The notes beneath the pieces were generated by a model. It saw only the letters and a program-made list of their open reading frames with translations. It was not told the origin of the DNA and did no database searches. Shown here in pieces: positions 51,619-62,894 of a DNA stretch of 64,000 nucleotides; the stretch's first letter is position 1, and the number at the start of each line of letters is the position of its first letter. A program made the translations under genes and the position numbers. This DNA comes from a phage, in the sequence record PX104379.1; one strand, written 5' to 3'.

Positions 51619-54600
51619 ATGGCCGAGATTAAAAGAAAGTTCAGAGCAGAAGACGGTCTGGACGCAGGTGGTGATAAAATAATCAACGTAGCTTTAGCTG
51701 ATCGTACCGTAGGAACTGACGGTGTTAACGTTGATTACTTAATTCAAGAAAACACAGTTCAACAATACGATCCAACTCGTGGATATTTAAAAGATTTTGT
51801 AATCATTTATGATAACCGCTTTTGGGCTGCTATAAATGATATTCCAAAACCGGCAGGAGCTTTTAATAGCGGACGCTGGAGAGCATTACGTACCGATGCT
51901 AACTGGATTACGGTTTCATCTGGTTCATATCAATTAAAATCTGGTGAAGCTATTTCAGTTAACACCGCAGCTGGTAATGATATTACATTTACTTTACCAT
52001 CTACCCCAATTGATGGTGATACTATCGTTCTCCAAGATATTGGAGGAAAACCTGGAGTTAACCAAGTTTTAATTGTAGCTCCGGTGCAAAGTATTGTAAA
52101 CTTCAGAGGTCAACAAGTACGTTCAGTACTAATGACTCATCCAAAGTCACAGCTAGTTTTAATTTTTAGTAATCGTCTGTGGCAAATGTATGTTGCTGAT
52201 TATAGCAGAGAAGCTGTAGTTGTAACACCAGCGAATACTTATCAAGCACAATCAAACGATTTTATCGTACGTAGATTTACTTCTGCTGCACCAATTAATG
52301 TTAAACTTCCAAGATTTGCTAATCATGGCGATATTATTAATTTCGTTGATTTAGATAAACTGAATCCACTTTATCATACAATTGTTACTACATACGATGA
52401 AACGACTTCAGTGCAAGAAGTTGGAACTCATTCCATTGAAGGCCGTACATCGATTGACGGTTTCTTGATGTTTGATGATAATGAGAAATTGTGGAGATTG
52501 TTTGACGGGGATAGTAAAGCACGTTTACGCATTATAACGACTAATTCTAATATTCGTCCAAACGAAGAAGTTATGGTATTTGGTGCGAATAACGGAACAA
52601 CCCAAACAATTGAGCTTCAGCTTCCTACTAATATCTCCGTTGGTGATACTGTTAAAATTTCCATGAATTACATGAGAAAAGGACAAACAGTTAAAATCAA
52701 AGCTGCCGGTGAAGATAAAATTGCTTCTTCAGTTCAATTGCTGCAATTCCCAAAACGTTCAGAATATCCACCTGAAACTAAATGGGTAACTGTTCAAGAA
52801 TTAGTTTTTAACGGTGAAACTAATTATGTTCCAGTTTTACAGCTTGCTTATATAGAAGATTCTGATGGAAAATACTGGGTTGTACAGCAAAACGTTCCAA
52901 CTGTAGAAAGAGTAGATTCTTTAAATGATTCTACTAGAGCAAGATTAGGCGTAATTGCTTTAGCTACACAGGCTCAAGCTAACGTCGATTTAGAAAATTC
53001 TCCACAAAAAGAATTAGCAATTACTCCAGAAACATTAGCTAACCGTACTGCTACTGAAACTCGCAGAGGTATTGCAAGAATAGCAACTACTGCTCAAGTG
53101 AATCAGAACACTACATTCTCTTTTGCTGATGATATTATCATCACTCCTAAAAAGCTGAATGAAAGAACTGCTACAGAAACTCGCAGAGGTGTTGCTGAAA
53201 TTGCTACGCAGCAAGAAACTAATGCAGGAACCGATGATACTACAATCATTACTCCTAAAAAGCTTCAAGCTCGTCAAGGTTCTGAATCATTATCTGGTAT
53301 TGTAACTTTTGTATCTACTGCAGGTGCTACTCCAGCTTCTAGCCGTGAATTAAATGGTACGAATGTTTATAATAAAAACACTAATAACTTAGTTGTTTCA
53401 CCCAAAGCTTTGGATCAGTATAAAGCTACTCCAACGCAACAAGGTGCAGTAATTTTAGCAGTTGAAAGTGAAGTAATTGCTGGACAGAGTCAAGAAGGAT
53501 GGGCAAATGCTGTTGTAACGCCAGAAACGTTACACAAAAAGACATCAACTGATGGAAGAATTGGTTTAATTGAAATTGCTACGCAAAGTGAAGTTAATAC
53601 AGGAACTGATTATACTCGTGCAGTCACTCCTAAAACTTTAAATGACCGTAGAGCAACTGAAAGTTTAAGTGGTATAGCTGAAATTGCTACGCAAGTTGAA
53701 TTCGACGCAGGCGTCGACGATACTCGTATCTCTACACCATTAAAAATTAAAACCAGATTTAATAGTACTGATCGTACTTCTGTTGTTGCTCTATCTGGAT
53801 TAGTTGAATCAGGAACTCTCTGGGACCATTATACCCTTAATATTCTTGAAGCAAATGAGACACAACGTGGTACACTTCGTGTAGCTACACAAGTTGAAGC
53901 TGCTGCAGGAACATTAGATAATGTTTTAATAACTCCTAAAAAGCTTTTAGGTACTAAATCTACCGAAGCACAAGAAGGTGTTATTAAAGTTGCAACTCAG
54001 TCTGAAACTGTGGCTGGAACGTCAGCGAACACCGCTGTATCTCCAAAAAATTTAAAATGGATTGTGCAGAGTGAACCTACCTGGGCAGCTACTACTGCGA
54101 TAAGAGGTTTTGTTAAAACTTCATCCGGTTCAATTACATTCGTTGGTAATGATACAGTCGGTTCTACCCAAGATTTAGAACTGTATGAGAAAAATAGCTA
54201 TGCAGTATCACCATATGAATTAAACCGTGTATTAGCAAATTATTTACCGTTAAAAGCAAAAGCTGCTGATACAAATTTATTGGATGGTCTAGATTCATCT
54301 CAGTTCATTCGTAGGGATATTGCACAGACGGTTAATGGTTCACTAACCTTAACCCAACAAACGAATCTGAGTGCCCCTCTTGTATCATCTAGTACTGCTA
54401 CGTTTGGTGGATCAGTTTCGGCAAATAGTACATTAACTATTTCTAATACTGGAACGGCAACTCGTCTGATTTTTGAGAAAGGACCTCAAACTGGAACTAA
54501 CCCAGCACAGACGATGACTATCAGAGTTTGGGGAAATCAGTTTAGTGGCGGATCAGATACAACGCGTTCTACTGTATTTGAAGTTGGTGATGAAACATCT

Positions 54601-55488
54601 AATCACTTTTATTCTCAACGTAATAAAGCTGGTAATATAACGTTTAGTATCAATGGTACTGTAATGCCAATAAACATTAATGCTTCGGGTTCTTTAAATG
54701 CGAATGGCGTTGCAACATTTGGTAGTTCAGTTACTGCTAATGGCGAATTCATCAGCAAGTCTGCAAATGCTTTTAGAGCAATTAGTGGTGATTACGGATT
54801 CTTTATTCGCAATGATGCTGCTAATACCTATTTTATGCTCACTGCATCCGGTGATCAGACTGGCGGATTTAATGGATTACGTCCTTTGTCTATTAATAAT
54901 GCATCTGGCCAAGTAACGATTGGTGAAAGCTTAATCATTGCCAAAGGTGCTACTATAAATTCAGGTGGTTTGACTGTTAACTCGAGAATTCGTTCTCAAG
55001 GTACTAAAACATCTGACTTATATACACGTGCGCCAACATCTGATACTGTAGGATTCTGGTCAATTGATATTAATGATTCAGCTACTTATAACCAGTTCCC
55101 GGGTTATTTTAAAATGGTTGAAAAAACTAATGAAGTGACTGGACTTCCGTACTTAGAACGTGGCGAAGAAGTTAAATCTCCTGGTACACTGACACAGTTT
55201 GGTAACACACTTGATTCGCTTTACCAAGATTGGATTACTTATCCAACGACACCAGAAGCGCGTACCACTCGCTGGACACGTACATGGCAGAAAACCAAAA
55301 ACTCTTGGTCAAGTTTTGTTCAGGTATTTGACGGAGGTAACCCTCCTCAACCATCTGATATCGGTGCTTTACCATCTGATAATGCTACAATGGGGAATCT
55401 TACTATTCGTGATTTCTTACGAATTGGTAATGTTCGCATTATTCCTGACCCAGTGAATAAAACTGTTAAATTTGAATGGGTTGAATAA
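51619..55488 (+). CDS. 34: Long tail fibre proximal subunit gp34
   Basis: 1289 aa; internal approx 40-aa repeats; late promoter upstream. Confidence 0.95.
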   Translation: MAEIKRKFRAEDGLDAGGDKIINVALADRTVGTDGVNVDYLIQENTVQQYDPTRGYLKDFVIIYDNRFWAAINDIPKPAGAFNSGRWRALRTDANWITVSSGSYQLKSGEAISVNTAAGNDITFTLPSTPIDGDTIVLQDIGGKPGVNQVLIVAPVQSIVNFRGQQVRSVLMTHPKSQLVLIFSNRLWQMYVADYSREAVVVTPANTYQAQSNDFIVRRFTSAAPINVKLPRFANHGDIINFVDLDKLNPLYHTIVTTYDETTSVQEVGTHSIEGRTSIDGFLMFDDNEKLWRLFDGDSKARLRIITTNSNIRPNEEVMVFGANNGTTQTIELQLPTNISVGDTVKISMNYMRKGQTVKIKAAGEDKIASSVQLLQFPKRSEYPPETKWVTVQELVFNGETNYVPVLQLAYIEDSDGKYWVVQQNVPTVERVDSLNDSTRARLGVIALATQAQANVDLENSPQKELAITPETLANRTATETRRGIARIATTAQVNQNTTFSFADDIIITPKKLNERTATETRRGVAEIATQQETNAGTDDTTIITPKKLQARQGSESLSGIVTFVSTAGATPASSRELNGTNVYNKNTNNLVVSPKALDQYKATPTQQGAVILAVESEVIAGQSQEGWANAVVTPETLHKKTSTDGRIGLIEIATQSEVNTGTDYTRAVTPKTLNDRRATESLSGIAEIATQVEFDAGVDDTRISTPLKIKTRFNSTDRTSVVALSGLVESGTLWDHYTLNILEANETQRGTLRVATQVEAAAGTLDNVLITPKKLLGTKSTEAQEGVIKVATQSETVAGTSANTAVSPKNLKWIVQSEPTWAATTAIRGFVKTSSGSITFVGNDTVGSTQDLELYEKNSYAVSPYELNRVLANYLPLKAKAADTNLLDGLDSSQFIRRDIAQTVNGSLTLTQQTNLSAPLVSSSTATFGGSVSANSTLTISNTGTATRLIFEKGPQTGTNPAQTMTIRVWGNQFSGGSDTTRSTVFEVGDETSNHFYSQRNKAGNITFSINGTVMPININASGSLNANGVATFGSSVTANGEFISKSANAFRAISGDYGFFIRNDAANTYFMLTASGDQTGGFNGLRPLSINNASGQVTIGESLIIAKGATINSGGLTVNSRIRSQGTKTSDLYTRAPTSDTVGFWSIDINDSATYNQFPGYFKMVEKTNEVTGLPYLERGEEVKSPGTLTQFGNTLDSLYQDWITYPTTPEARTTRWTRTWQKTKNSWSSFVQVFDGGNPPQPSDIGALPSDNATMGNLTIRDFLRIGNVRIIPDPVNKTVKFEWVE

Positions 55489-55496
55489 GAGGTATT

Positions 55497-56612
55497 ATGG
55501 AAAAATTTATGGCAGAGTTTGGACAAGGATATGTCCAAACGCCATTTTTATCGGAAAGCAATTCAGTAAGATATAAAATAAGCATAGCGGGTTCTTGCCC
55601 GTTTTCTACAGCAGGACCATACGTTAAATTTCAGGATAATCCTGTAGGAAGTCAAACATTTAGCGCAGGCCTTCATTTAAGAGTTTTTGACCCTTCCACC
55701 GGAGCATTAGTTGATAGTAAATCATATGCTTTTTCGACTTCAAATGATACTACATCAGCTGCTTTTGTTAGTTTCATGAATTCTTTGACGAATAATCGAA
55801 TTGTTGCTATATTAACTAGTGGAAAGGTTAATTTTCCTCCTGAAGTAGTATCTTGGTTAAGAACCGCCGGAACGTCTGCTTTTCCATCTGATTCTATATT
55901 GTCAAGATTCGACGTATCATATGCTGCTTTTTACACTTCTTCTAAACGAGCTATTGCATTAGAACATGTTAAACTAAGTAATAGAAAAAGCACAGATGAT
56001 TATCAAACTATTTTAGATGTAGTATTTGACAGTTTAGAAGATGTCGGAGCTACCGGGTTTCCAAGAAGAACGTATGAAAGTGTTGAGCAATTCATGTCAG
56101 CGGTTGGTGGAACCAATAACGAAATTGTGCGTCTACCAACTTCAGCTACTATAAGTAAATTATCTGATTATAATTTAATTCCTGGTGACGTTCTTTATCT
56201 TAAAGCCCAGTTATATGCTGATGCCGATTTACTTTCTCTTGGAACAACAAATATATCTATCCGTTTTTATAATGCATCTAACGGATATATTTCCTCGACA
56301 CAAGCTGAGTTTACTGGACAAGCTGGGTCTTGGGAATTAAAGGAAGATTATGTAGTTGTTCCAGAAAATGCAGTTGGATTTACGATATATGCGCAGAGAA
56401 CTGCTCAAGCGGGGCAAGGCGGTATGCGAAATTTAAGCTTTTCTGAAGTATCAAGAAATGGCGGAATTTCAAAACCTGCTGAATTTGGCGTCAATGGTAT
56501 TCGTGTTAATTATATCTGTGAATCTGCTTCACCTCCGGATATAATGGTACTTCCTACACAAGCATCGTCTAAAACTGGTAAAGTGTTTGGGCAAGAATTT
56601 AGAGAAGTATAA
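55497..56612 (+). CDS. 35: Long tail fibre hinge protein gp35
   Basis: 371 aa, position and size match. Confidence 0.9.
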   Translation: MEKFMAEFGQGYVQTPFLSESNSVRYKISIAGSCPFSTAGPYVKFQDNPVGSQTFSAGLHLRVFDPSTGALVDSKSYAFSTSNDTTSAAFVSFMNSLTNNRIVAILTSGKVNFPPEVVSWLRTAGTSAFPSDSILSRFDVSYAAFYTSSKRAIALEHVKLSNRKSTDDYQTILDVVFDSLEDVGATGFPRRTYESVEQFMSAVGGTNNEIVRLPTSATISKLSDYNLIPGDVLYLKAQLYADADLLSLGTTNISIRFYNASNGYISSTQAEFTGQAGSWELKEDYVVVPENAVGFTIYAQRTAQAGQGGMRNLSFSEVSRNGGISKPAEFGVNGIRVNYICESASPPDIMVLPTQASSKTGKVFGQEFREV

Positions 56613-56617
56613 ATTGA

Positions 56618-56645
56618 GGGAGCCTTCGGGTTCCCTTTTTCTTTA
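56618..56645 (+). terminator. Terminator after gene 35
   Basis: GGGAGCC-TTCG-GGTTCCC followed by TTTTTCTTTAT. Confidence 0.65.
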
Positions 56646-56651
56646 TAAATA
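56644..56651 (+). promoter_or_regulatory. T4-type late promoter upstream of gene 36
   Basis: Exact TATAAATA about 25 bp before ATG. Confidence 0.6.
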
Positions 56652-56674
56652 CTATTAAAATAAAGGGGCATACA

Positions 56675-57340
56675 ATGGCTGATTTAAAAGTAGGTTCAAC
56701 AACCGGAGGCTCTGTCATTTGGCATCAAGGAAATTTTCCATTGAATCCAGCTGGTGACGATGTACTCTATAAATCATTTAAAATATATTCAGAATATAAT
56801 AAACCGCAGGCAGCTGATAACGATTTCGTTTCTAAAGCTAATGGTGGTACTTATGCATCAAAGGTAACATTTAACGGCGGCGTCCAAGTCCCGTATGCTG
56901 TAAACAACACAAACCCATGCGGTATTTATCCAGGTAACGGTGATAATGCTACTTTTGCTGTAGCAAATATTGATATTGTTTCGTGGAATGGTATTGGTTT
57001 TAAATCATCGCAAGGTTCAGCAGCTCGAACTGTTGTAATTAATGCACGTAATGGTGATATTAACACAAAAGGTGTTGTGTCTGCGGCAGGTCAAGTAAGA
57101 AGTGATGCAGCTGCTCCTATAGCAGCGAATGACCTTACTAGAAAGGACTATGTTGATGAAGCAATAAATACTGTTACAGCAAATGCGAACTCTAGAGTGT
57201 TGCGTTCTGGCGACACTATGATAGGTAATTTAACCGCGCCAAACTTTTTCTCACAGAATCCTGCGTCTCAACCTTCACATGTTCCACGATTTGATCAAAT
57301 CGTAATTAAGGATTCTGTTCAAGATTTCGGCTATTATTAA
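56675..57340 (+). CDS. 36: Long tail fibre proximal connector gp36
   Basis: 221 aa, position and size match. Confidence 0.9.
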   Translation: MADLKVGSTTGGSVIWHQGNFPLNPAGDDVLYKSFKIYSEYNKPQAADNDFVSKANGGTYASKVTFNGGVQVPYAVNNTNPCGIYPGNGDNATFAVANIDIVSWNGIGFKSSQGSAARTVVINARNGDINTKGVVSAAGQVRSDAAAPIAANDLTRKDYVDEAINTVTANANSRVLRSGDTMIGNLTAPNFFSQNPASQPSHVPRFDQIVIKDSVQDFGYY

Positions 57341-57348
57341 GAGGACTT

Positions 57349-60300
57349 ATGGCTACTTTAAAACAAATACAATTTAAAAGAAGCAAAACTGCAGGTCAAC
57401 GTCCTGCTGCTTCAGTATTAGCCGAAGGTGAATTGGCTATAAACTTAAAAGACCGTACTCTTTTTACTAAAGATGACTCGGGAAATATTATTGATTTAAG
57501 CATTTCTGCCGGTGGTAACATTAGTGGAAATATCACTCAAACTGGTGATTATTTACAAAACGGCACGTATAATCTTAATGGAAATCAGTTTGTTTACGCA
57601 GGAAAGTATATTGAATTCTTGCCAAAAACTGCTGGAAATGGTGCTTGGGCAAATCAGCACACAAATAAAGCTCCAATTTTCACCGATCTGAGTTCAACTA
57701 CTTCTATTTCAGAATATCATCCACTCATTAAGCAACGCTATAAAGATGGAACTTTTTCAGCGGGTACATTGGTTGCTGAAGGCAGTTTTAAGTTCCATTA
57801 TATTGATGAAACTGGGACTTCAAAATACTGGACGTTTCGCCGTGACGGTGGATTTACTGTTGACAATGGAGGTTTAGCAGTATCAGGAGGTAGTATAACT
57901 ACAACTGGAAATATTGCAGCTATTGGAAATATTACTTCACCTCAAATTAATACTAAAAATATTATTTTAGATACAAAAGCATTTGGACAATACGATTCGC
58001 AATCATTAGTTCAATATGTTTATCCTGGAACAGGTGAAGAAAATGGTATAAACTATCTTCGTAAAGTTCGAGCTAAATCAGGCGGAACTATTTACCATGA
58101 AATCGCTTCAGCTCAAACTGGTAAGAATGATGAAATTTCTTGGTGGACCGGAAATACACTTACTATTAAATTAATGGGTCTTCGTAATGATGGCGCAATG
58201 GTATTACGTCGTTCACTTGCTATTGGCACAATTACCACTGACGAAAATACTAACAACTATGGTTCTCCTACTCCAATGGGAGAAAGATATATTGCTTTGG
58301 GCGATGCTGCCACTGGTTTAAAATACATTAAGCAGGGCGTTTATGATTTAGTAGGTAATTGGAATTCTGTTGCGTCTATTACTCCTGATAGTTTCCGTAG
58401 TACTCGTAAAGCGATATTTGGACGTTCAGAAGACCAAGGTGGAACATGGATTATGCCTGGAACTAACGCTGCGCTTTTATCAGTTCAAACTCAAGCTGAT
58501 GGAAACTCCGCTGGTGATGGTCAAACACACATTGGATATAATTCTGGTGGTAAAATGAACCACTATTTTCGTGGTACAGGTCAGATGAATATCAATACCC
58601 AACAGGGTATGGAAATTAATCCAGGAGTGTTAAAATTAACCACTGGGGCAAATAATGTAATGTTATACGCGGACGGCGGTATTACATCTGTTAAGCAGCT
58701 TTCAATATACAATGGGGTGTATTTAGCAGCTAATAACTCGACCGCTGGATTAACATTCGCTCCAACTACTACAATTGATGGCACTAAGCAAATTTTGTGG
58801 GAAGGCGGTACTCGTGCTGGTCAGAATAAAAGCTATGTAACTGTTAAAGCATGGGGTAATTCATTTAACGCATCTGGCGATCGTAATCGTGAAACGGTTT
58901 TTGAAGTAGCTGATGGACAAGGATATTATTTTTATTCACAGCGTGTGGCTCCAAGTGGCTCTGAAACTACTGGGCCTGTTGTAACCCAGTTCAATGGACA
59001 AGTTAATGCTAGAGGAAGTATTATTACTGACGGAAGTTTTAAAGTTAATGGATTAAGCACTTTAGTCGGTAATGTTACTATGTCTAATGGTTTGTTTGTC
59101 CAAGGTGGTTCTTCTATTACTGGACAGGTAAAAATTGGTGGAACGGCTGATGCATTAAGAATTTGGAATGCTGAATACGGTGCTATTTTCCGCCGTTCAG
59201 AAGCGTCATTACATATTATCCCTACTCCTAAAGATGCCGGTGAAAGCGGTGGAATAAGTAATCTCCGCCCACTTAGTATTAGCCTTAATAATGGTATGGT
59301 GCAAATGCGTCATTCCGTTACATTAGGTGATGATGGTGCAGGCGGTAATATGGTGACGGTTGATAATGATTCTAAAGTTATGGTAATGACGACTAATAGC
59401 CGTATTAGTCCTAACTTCCGTATGCAAATTGGACAGTCGTCTTATATTGATGTGGAATGTACTGATGCTGTGAGACCTGCTGGAGCCGGTTCTTTTGCTT
59501 CACAGAATAACGAAAACGTTCGCGCTCCGTTCTATATGAATATTGATAGAACAGATACAAGCACTTATGTTCCTATTGTGAAACAAAGATACGTTCAAAA
59601 TAATAGTTGCTATTCTATTGGTACTTTAATTAATGGTGGTAACTTTAGAGTTCATTATCATGAAGGCGGTGACGGCGTTTCTACTGGTGCTATTATAAAG
59701 GATCTTGGATGGGAATTTAATAAAAACGGTGATTTTTATTCTCCTGGTAAATTAGGCGCTGGAAATATTAGAATAGGTACTGATGGTAATATTACTGGCG
59801 GAACTGGTAACTTTGCTAACTTGAACACAACTATCGAATCATTAAAAACCGATATTGTTTCAAGTTATCCTATTGGAGCTCCTATTCCATGGCCTACAGA
59901 TACTCCTCCTAATGGTTACGCTATTATGGAAGGACAGACTTTTGATAAGTCTGCATACCCAAAATTGGCTATAGCTTACCCATCTGGAGTAATTCCTGAT
60001 ATGCGCGGGCAAACTATCAAAGGTAAACCAAGCGGTCGTGCTGTGTTAAGTGCAGAAGCTGATGGTGTTAAGGCTCATAACCATAGTGCTTCAGCATCTA
60101 ATACTGATTTAGGTACTAAAACTACATCAAGCTTTGATTATGGCACTAAGACGACAAGTAGCTTTGACTATGGCACTAAGACTAGCAATACCACAGGTAA
60201 CCACTCTCATACTGTAAGCGGTACTACGAGTTCTGCTGGTGCACACCAACATGCGCGCTCAGGTCCTCAGATACAAGCCGGCATACCCAATAACATATTC

Positions 60301-60621
60301 TATGACGGATATAATAGTGTAGGTGCAAACGCCAACGCTAAATTCACTGGAACCGTGAACGGTGCTACTGCAGGGTCGAATATAGCCAAAACTTCTTCAG
60401 ACGGTGCTCATACTCATACTTGGTCCGGTACTACAAGCACTACAGGTAACCATGCTCACACAGTAGGTATTGGTGCTCATACCCATACTGTAGGTATCGG
60501 TGCTCATACCCACACGGTAGCAATTGGCTCGCATGGTCATACTATCACTGTAAATAGTACAGGTAATACAGAAAACACGGTTAAAAACATTGCTTTTAAC
60601 TATATCGTTCGTTTAGCATAA
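57349..60621 (+). CDS. 37: Long tail fibre distal subunit gp37 (receptor-recognising), mosaic variant
   Basis: 1090 aa; T4-like N-terminus [23 protein letters not shown] and C-terminus ..[45 protein letters not shown] with HxH boxes. Confidence 0.92.
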   Translation: MATLKQIQFKRSKTAGQRPAASVLAEGELAINLKDRTLFTKDDSGNIIDLSISAGGNISGNITQTGDYLQNGTYNLNGNQFVYAGKYIEFLPKTAGNGAWANQHTNKAPIFTDLSSTTSISEYHPLIKQRYKDGTFSAGTLVAEGSFKFHYIDETGTSKYWTFRRDGGFTVDNGGLAVSGGSITTTGNIAAIGNITSPQINTKNIILDTKAFGQYDSQSLVQYVYPGTGEENGINYLRKVRAKSGGTIYHEIASAQTGKNDEISWWTGNTLTIKLMGLRNDGAMVLRRSLAIGTITTDENTNNYGSPTPMGERYIALGDAATGLKYIKQGVYDLVGNWNSVASITPDSFRSTRKAIFGRSEDQGGTWIMPGTNAALLSVQTQADGNSAGDGQTHIGYNSGGKMNHYFRGTGQMNINTQQGMEINPGVLKLTTGANNVMLYADGGITSVKQLSIYNGVYLAANNSTAGLTFAPTTTIDGTKQILWEGGTRAGQNKSYVTVKAWGNSFNASGDRNRETVFEVADGQGYYFYSQRVAPSGSETTGPVVTQFNGQVNARGSIITDGSFKVNGLSTLVGNVTMSNGLFVQGGSSITGQVKIGGTADALRIWNAEYGAIFRRSEASLHIIPTPKDAGESGGISNLRPLSISLNNGMVQMRHSVTLGDDGAGGNMVTVDNDSKVMVMTTNSRISPNFRMQIGQSSYIDVECTDAVRPAGAGSFASQNNENVRAPFYMNIDRTDTSTYVPIVKQRYVQNNSCYSIGTLINGGNFRVHYHEGGDGVSTGAIIKDLGWEFNKNGDFYSPGKLGAGNIRIGTDGNITGGTGNFANLNTTIESLKTDIVSSYPIGAPIPWPTDTPPNGYAIMEGQTFDKSAYPKLAIAYPSGVIPDMRGQTIKGKPSGRAVLSAEADGVKAHNHSASASNTDLGTKTTSSFDYGTKTTSSFDYGTKTSNTTGNHSHTVSGTTSSAGAHQHARSGPQIQAGIPNNIFYDGYNSVGANANAKFTGTVNGATAGSNIAKTSSDGAHTHTWSGTTSTTGNHAHTVGIGAHTHTVGIGAHTHTVAIGSHGHTITVNSTGNTENTVKNIAFNYIVRLA
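60112..60201 (+). repeat. 30-bp tandem repeat (about 2.3 copies) inside gene 37
   Basis: ggtactaaaactacatcaagctttgattat / ggcactaagacgacaagtagctttgactat / partial third; encodes [10 protein letters not shown] twice. Confidence 0.75.
60455..60540 (+). repeat. 27-bp His-box tandem repeats inside gene 37
   Basis: Three imperfect units encoding HTVGIGAHT / HTVGIGAHT / HTVAIGSHG. Confidence 0.7.
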
Positions 60622-60628
60622 GGAGAGA

Positions 60629-60646
60629 GGGGCTTCGGCCCCTTCT
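60629..60646 (+). terminator. Hairpin between gene 37 and gene 38
   Basis: GGGGC-TTCG-GCCCC followed by TTCTAAAT; weak U tract. Confidence 0.5.
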
Positions 60647-60650
60647 AAAT

Positions 60651-61202
60651 ATGAAAATATATCATTATTATTTTGACACTAAAGAATTTTACAAAGAAGA
60701 AAATTACAAACCGGTTAAAGGCCTCGGTCTTCCTGCTCATTCAACAATTAAAAAACCTTTAGAACCTAAAGAAGGATATGCAGTTGTATTTGATGAACGT
60801 ACTCAGGATTGGATTTATGAAGAAGACCATCGCGGAAAACGAGCATGGACTTTTAATAAAGAAGAAATTTTCATAAGTGACATTGGAAGCCCGGTTGGTA
60901 TAACTTTTGATGAGCCCGGCGAATTTGATATATGGACTGATGACGGCTGGAAAGAAGACGAAACATATAAGCGAGTTTTAATTCGTAATAGAAAAATTGA
61001 AGAATTATATAAAGAGTTCCAAGTTTTAAATAATATGATTGAAGCTTCTGTCGCCAATAAAAAGGAAAAATTTTATTATAAAAACCTTAAGCGGTTCTTT
61101 GCTCTTTTAGAAAAGCATGAGCATTTAGGTGGTGAATTCCCTTCATGGCCTGAAAAAGAACGGAAACCTTGGTATAAGCGTTTATTCAAGCATTACGTAT
61201 AA
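60651..61202 (+). CDS. 38: Tail fibre assembly chaperone gp38 (T4 type)
   Basis: 183 aa, MKIYHYYFDTKEFYKEENYKPVKGLG matches T4 gp38. Confidence 0.9.
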   Translation: MKIYHYYFDTKEFYKEENYKPVKGLGLPAHSTIKKPLEPKEGYAVVFDERTQDWIYEEDHRGKRAWTFNKEEIFISDIGSPVGITFDEPGEFDIWTDDGWKEDETYKRVLIRNRKIEELYKEFQVLNNMIEASVANKKEKFYYKNLKRFFALLEKHEHLGGEFPSWPEKERKPWYKRLFKHYV

Positions 61203-61205
61203 ATA
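61198..61205 (+). promoter_or_regulatory. T4-type late promoter upstream of holin t
   Basis: Exact TATAAATA overlapping gene 38 stop. Confidence 0.6.
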
Positions 61206-61222
61206 TCTTAAAAGGAGGGTCT

Positions 61223-61879
61223 ATGGCAGCACCTAGAATATCACTTTCGCCCTCTGATATTCTATTTGGTGTTCTAGATCGCTTGTTCAAAGATAACGCT
61301 ACTGGGAAAGTTCTTGCTTCCCGGGTAGCTGTCGTAATTCTTTTATTTATGATGGCGATTGTTTGGTATAGGGGAGATAGTTTCTTTGAGTACTATAAGC
61401 AATCAAAGTATGAAACATACAGTGAAATTATTGAAAAGGAAAGAAATGCACGCTTTGAATCTGTCGCCCTGGAACAACTCCAGATAGTTCACATATCATC
61501 TGAGGCAGACTTTAGTGCGGTGTATTCTTTCCGCCCTAAAAACTTAAACTATTTTGTTGATATTATAGCATACGAAGGAAGATTACCTTCAACAATAACT
61601 GAAAAATCACTTGGAGGATATCCTGTTGATAAAACTATGGATGAATATACAGTTCATTTAAATGGACGTCATTATTATTCTGACTCAAAATTTGCTTTTT
61701 TACCAACTAAAAAGCCTACTCCCGAAATAAACTACATGTACAGTTGTCCATATTTTAATTTGGATAATATCTATGCTGGAACGATAACCATGTACTGGTA
61801 TAGAAATGATCATATAAGTAATGACCGCCTTGAATCAATATGCGCTCAGGCGGCCAGAATATTAGGAAGGGCTAAATAA
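61223..61879 (+). CDS. t: Holin T
   Basis: 218 aa, MAAPRISLSPSDILFGVLDRLFKDN and single transmembrane segment VAVVILLFMMAIVWY. Confidence 0.93.
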   Translation: MAAPRISLSPSDILFGVLDRLFKDNATGKVLASRVAVVILLFMMAIVWYRGDSFFEYYKQSKYETYSEIIEKERNARFESVALEQLQIVHISSEADFSAVYSFRPKNLNYFVDIIAYEGRLPSTITEKSLGGYPVDKTMDEYTVHLNGRHYYSDSKFAFLPTKKPTPEINYMYSCPYFNLDNIYAGTITMYWYRNDHISNDRLESICAQAARILGRAK

Positions 61880-62152
61880 TTATTTGTTCGTATACATCTC
61901 TAGATATCGATATACACCCTCAAAACCCTCGTTGAATTCGTCGATGAGGGTTTTCTTATCTTCTTGAGTTAATTCAGAAACAATTTTACGGAATGAATTC
62001 TGATTTAATTTTCTACCTTCATGCGTTACTCCAATCTCATTCAGAAATGCAATAAAATTAGCACGATTTTCAACAATATCTTCTCTGGAAAATTTAATCA
62101 AAATAGACGCAACAGTAATAATTTCACGAACTGTATCAATGTTTTTATTCAT
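61880..62152 (-). CDS. asiA: Anti-sigma-70 factor AsiA
   Basis: 90 aa, MNKNIDTVREIITVASILIKFSREDIVENRANFIAFLNEIG matches T4 AsiA. Confidence 0.93.
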   Translation of the reverse strand: MNKNIDTVREIITVASILIKFSREDIVENRANFIAFLNEIGVTHEGRKLNQNSFRKIVSELTQEDKKTLIDEFNEGFEGVYRYLEMYTNK

Positions 62153-62164
62153 TAACTATACCAC

Positions 62165-62317
62165 TCAATTAGTTGACTTTGTTATAATATCATCAGACGC
62201 TTGATTTGTAAACTGGTCTGTGTTATTTTCTTCAAAAATTTTTTCTACGAATTCCTTGAACGACTTACGTTCCTGAGCTACATTATGCTCGATTACTTTT
62301 TCAAGATTATGACTCAT
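62165..62317 (-). CDS. Small ORF, 50 aa
   Basis: Hand translation MSHNLEKVIEHNVAQERKSFKEFVEKIFEENNTDQFTNQASDDIITKSTN; fills gap between asiA and arn. Confidence 0.35.
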   Translation of the reverse strand: MSHNLEKVIEHNVAQERKSFKEFVEKIFEENNTDQFTNQASDDIITKSTN

Positions 62318-62592
62318 TCGAAATAATCTTCAATTTCATAATCATGGACGTAAATCATTATAGTTTTTAATACATCATCAATACTTTTTCCTGGAGCTGG
62401 AATTACGTAAAAATACCCTGCTTTTGAGAGGTCTTTATAAGTTCCAATCAAGAAATCATTATTCTCAAGATGTAGTTCTTCAACTAATTCATTAACAATT
62501 GAGTGGTATAAATTTGGTAGAAACTTATATAGCTTTTCTAGAATATCAATTTTGATTGTGTATTGAACCACGGATTGAGAATCAATAATCAT
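62314..62592 (-). CDS. arn: Anti-restriction nuclease (McrBC inhibitor) Arn-like
   Basis: 92-aa ORF at the position of T4 arn downstream of asiA; size match. Confidence 0.7.
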   Translation of the reverse strand: MIIDSQSVVQYTIKIDILEKLYKFLPNLYHSIVNELVEELHLENNDFLIGTYKDLSKAGYFYVIPAPGKSIDDVLKTIMIYVHDYEIEDYFE

Positions 62593-62675
62593 AGACCTTC
62601 CCCTTATGTTTCTGTTTGCGATTAGATTCTTTAAACGCTTTCTTCTTATCCTTATGAACAGAAGCTTTATTAAAA

Positions 62676-62894
62676 TTATGTTTTGCGACTAAATTGTTCA
62701 TAGTGCTGAATTACCTCTCTCAAACATTTGCATGTGAATGAAAACTTTTTAGCTACACCACATTCAAATATATGTTCTCTTAAATCGTGTGTATCCGTAT
62801 ATCCCATTTCAACAATAAAATGCCGTATTAGATTTTTATCTTTATCATTGAGAGAATTAAAATAATCGGATTTTGAATTAATTTCCCTGGCCAA
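62676..62894 (-). CDS. Hypothetical protein (arn.1 position)
   Basis: 72-aa ORF. Confidence 0.45.
   Translation of the reverse strand: MAREINSKSDYFNSLNDKDKNLIRHFIVEMGYTDTHDLREHIFECGVAKKFSFTCKCLREVIQHYEQFSRKT

Noticed and set aside
60112-60540. Possible CRISPR-like array or variable-number tandem repeat in gene 37
   Set aside because: The repeats are in-frame coding repeats ([10 protein letters not shown] and HxH boxes) within the fibre gene, not spacer-repeat architecture
62593-62701. 39-aa basic micro-ORF overlapping the arn start
   Set aside because: Overlaps the 3' end of the upstream 72-aa ORF and the arn start in other frames; too short and unsupported
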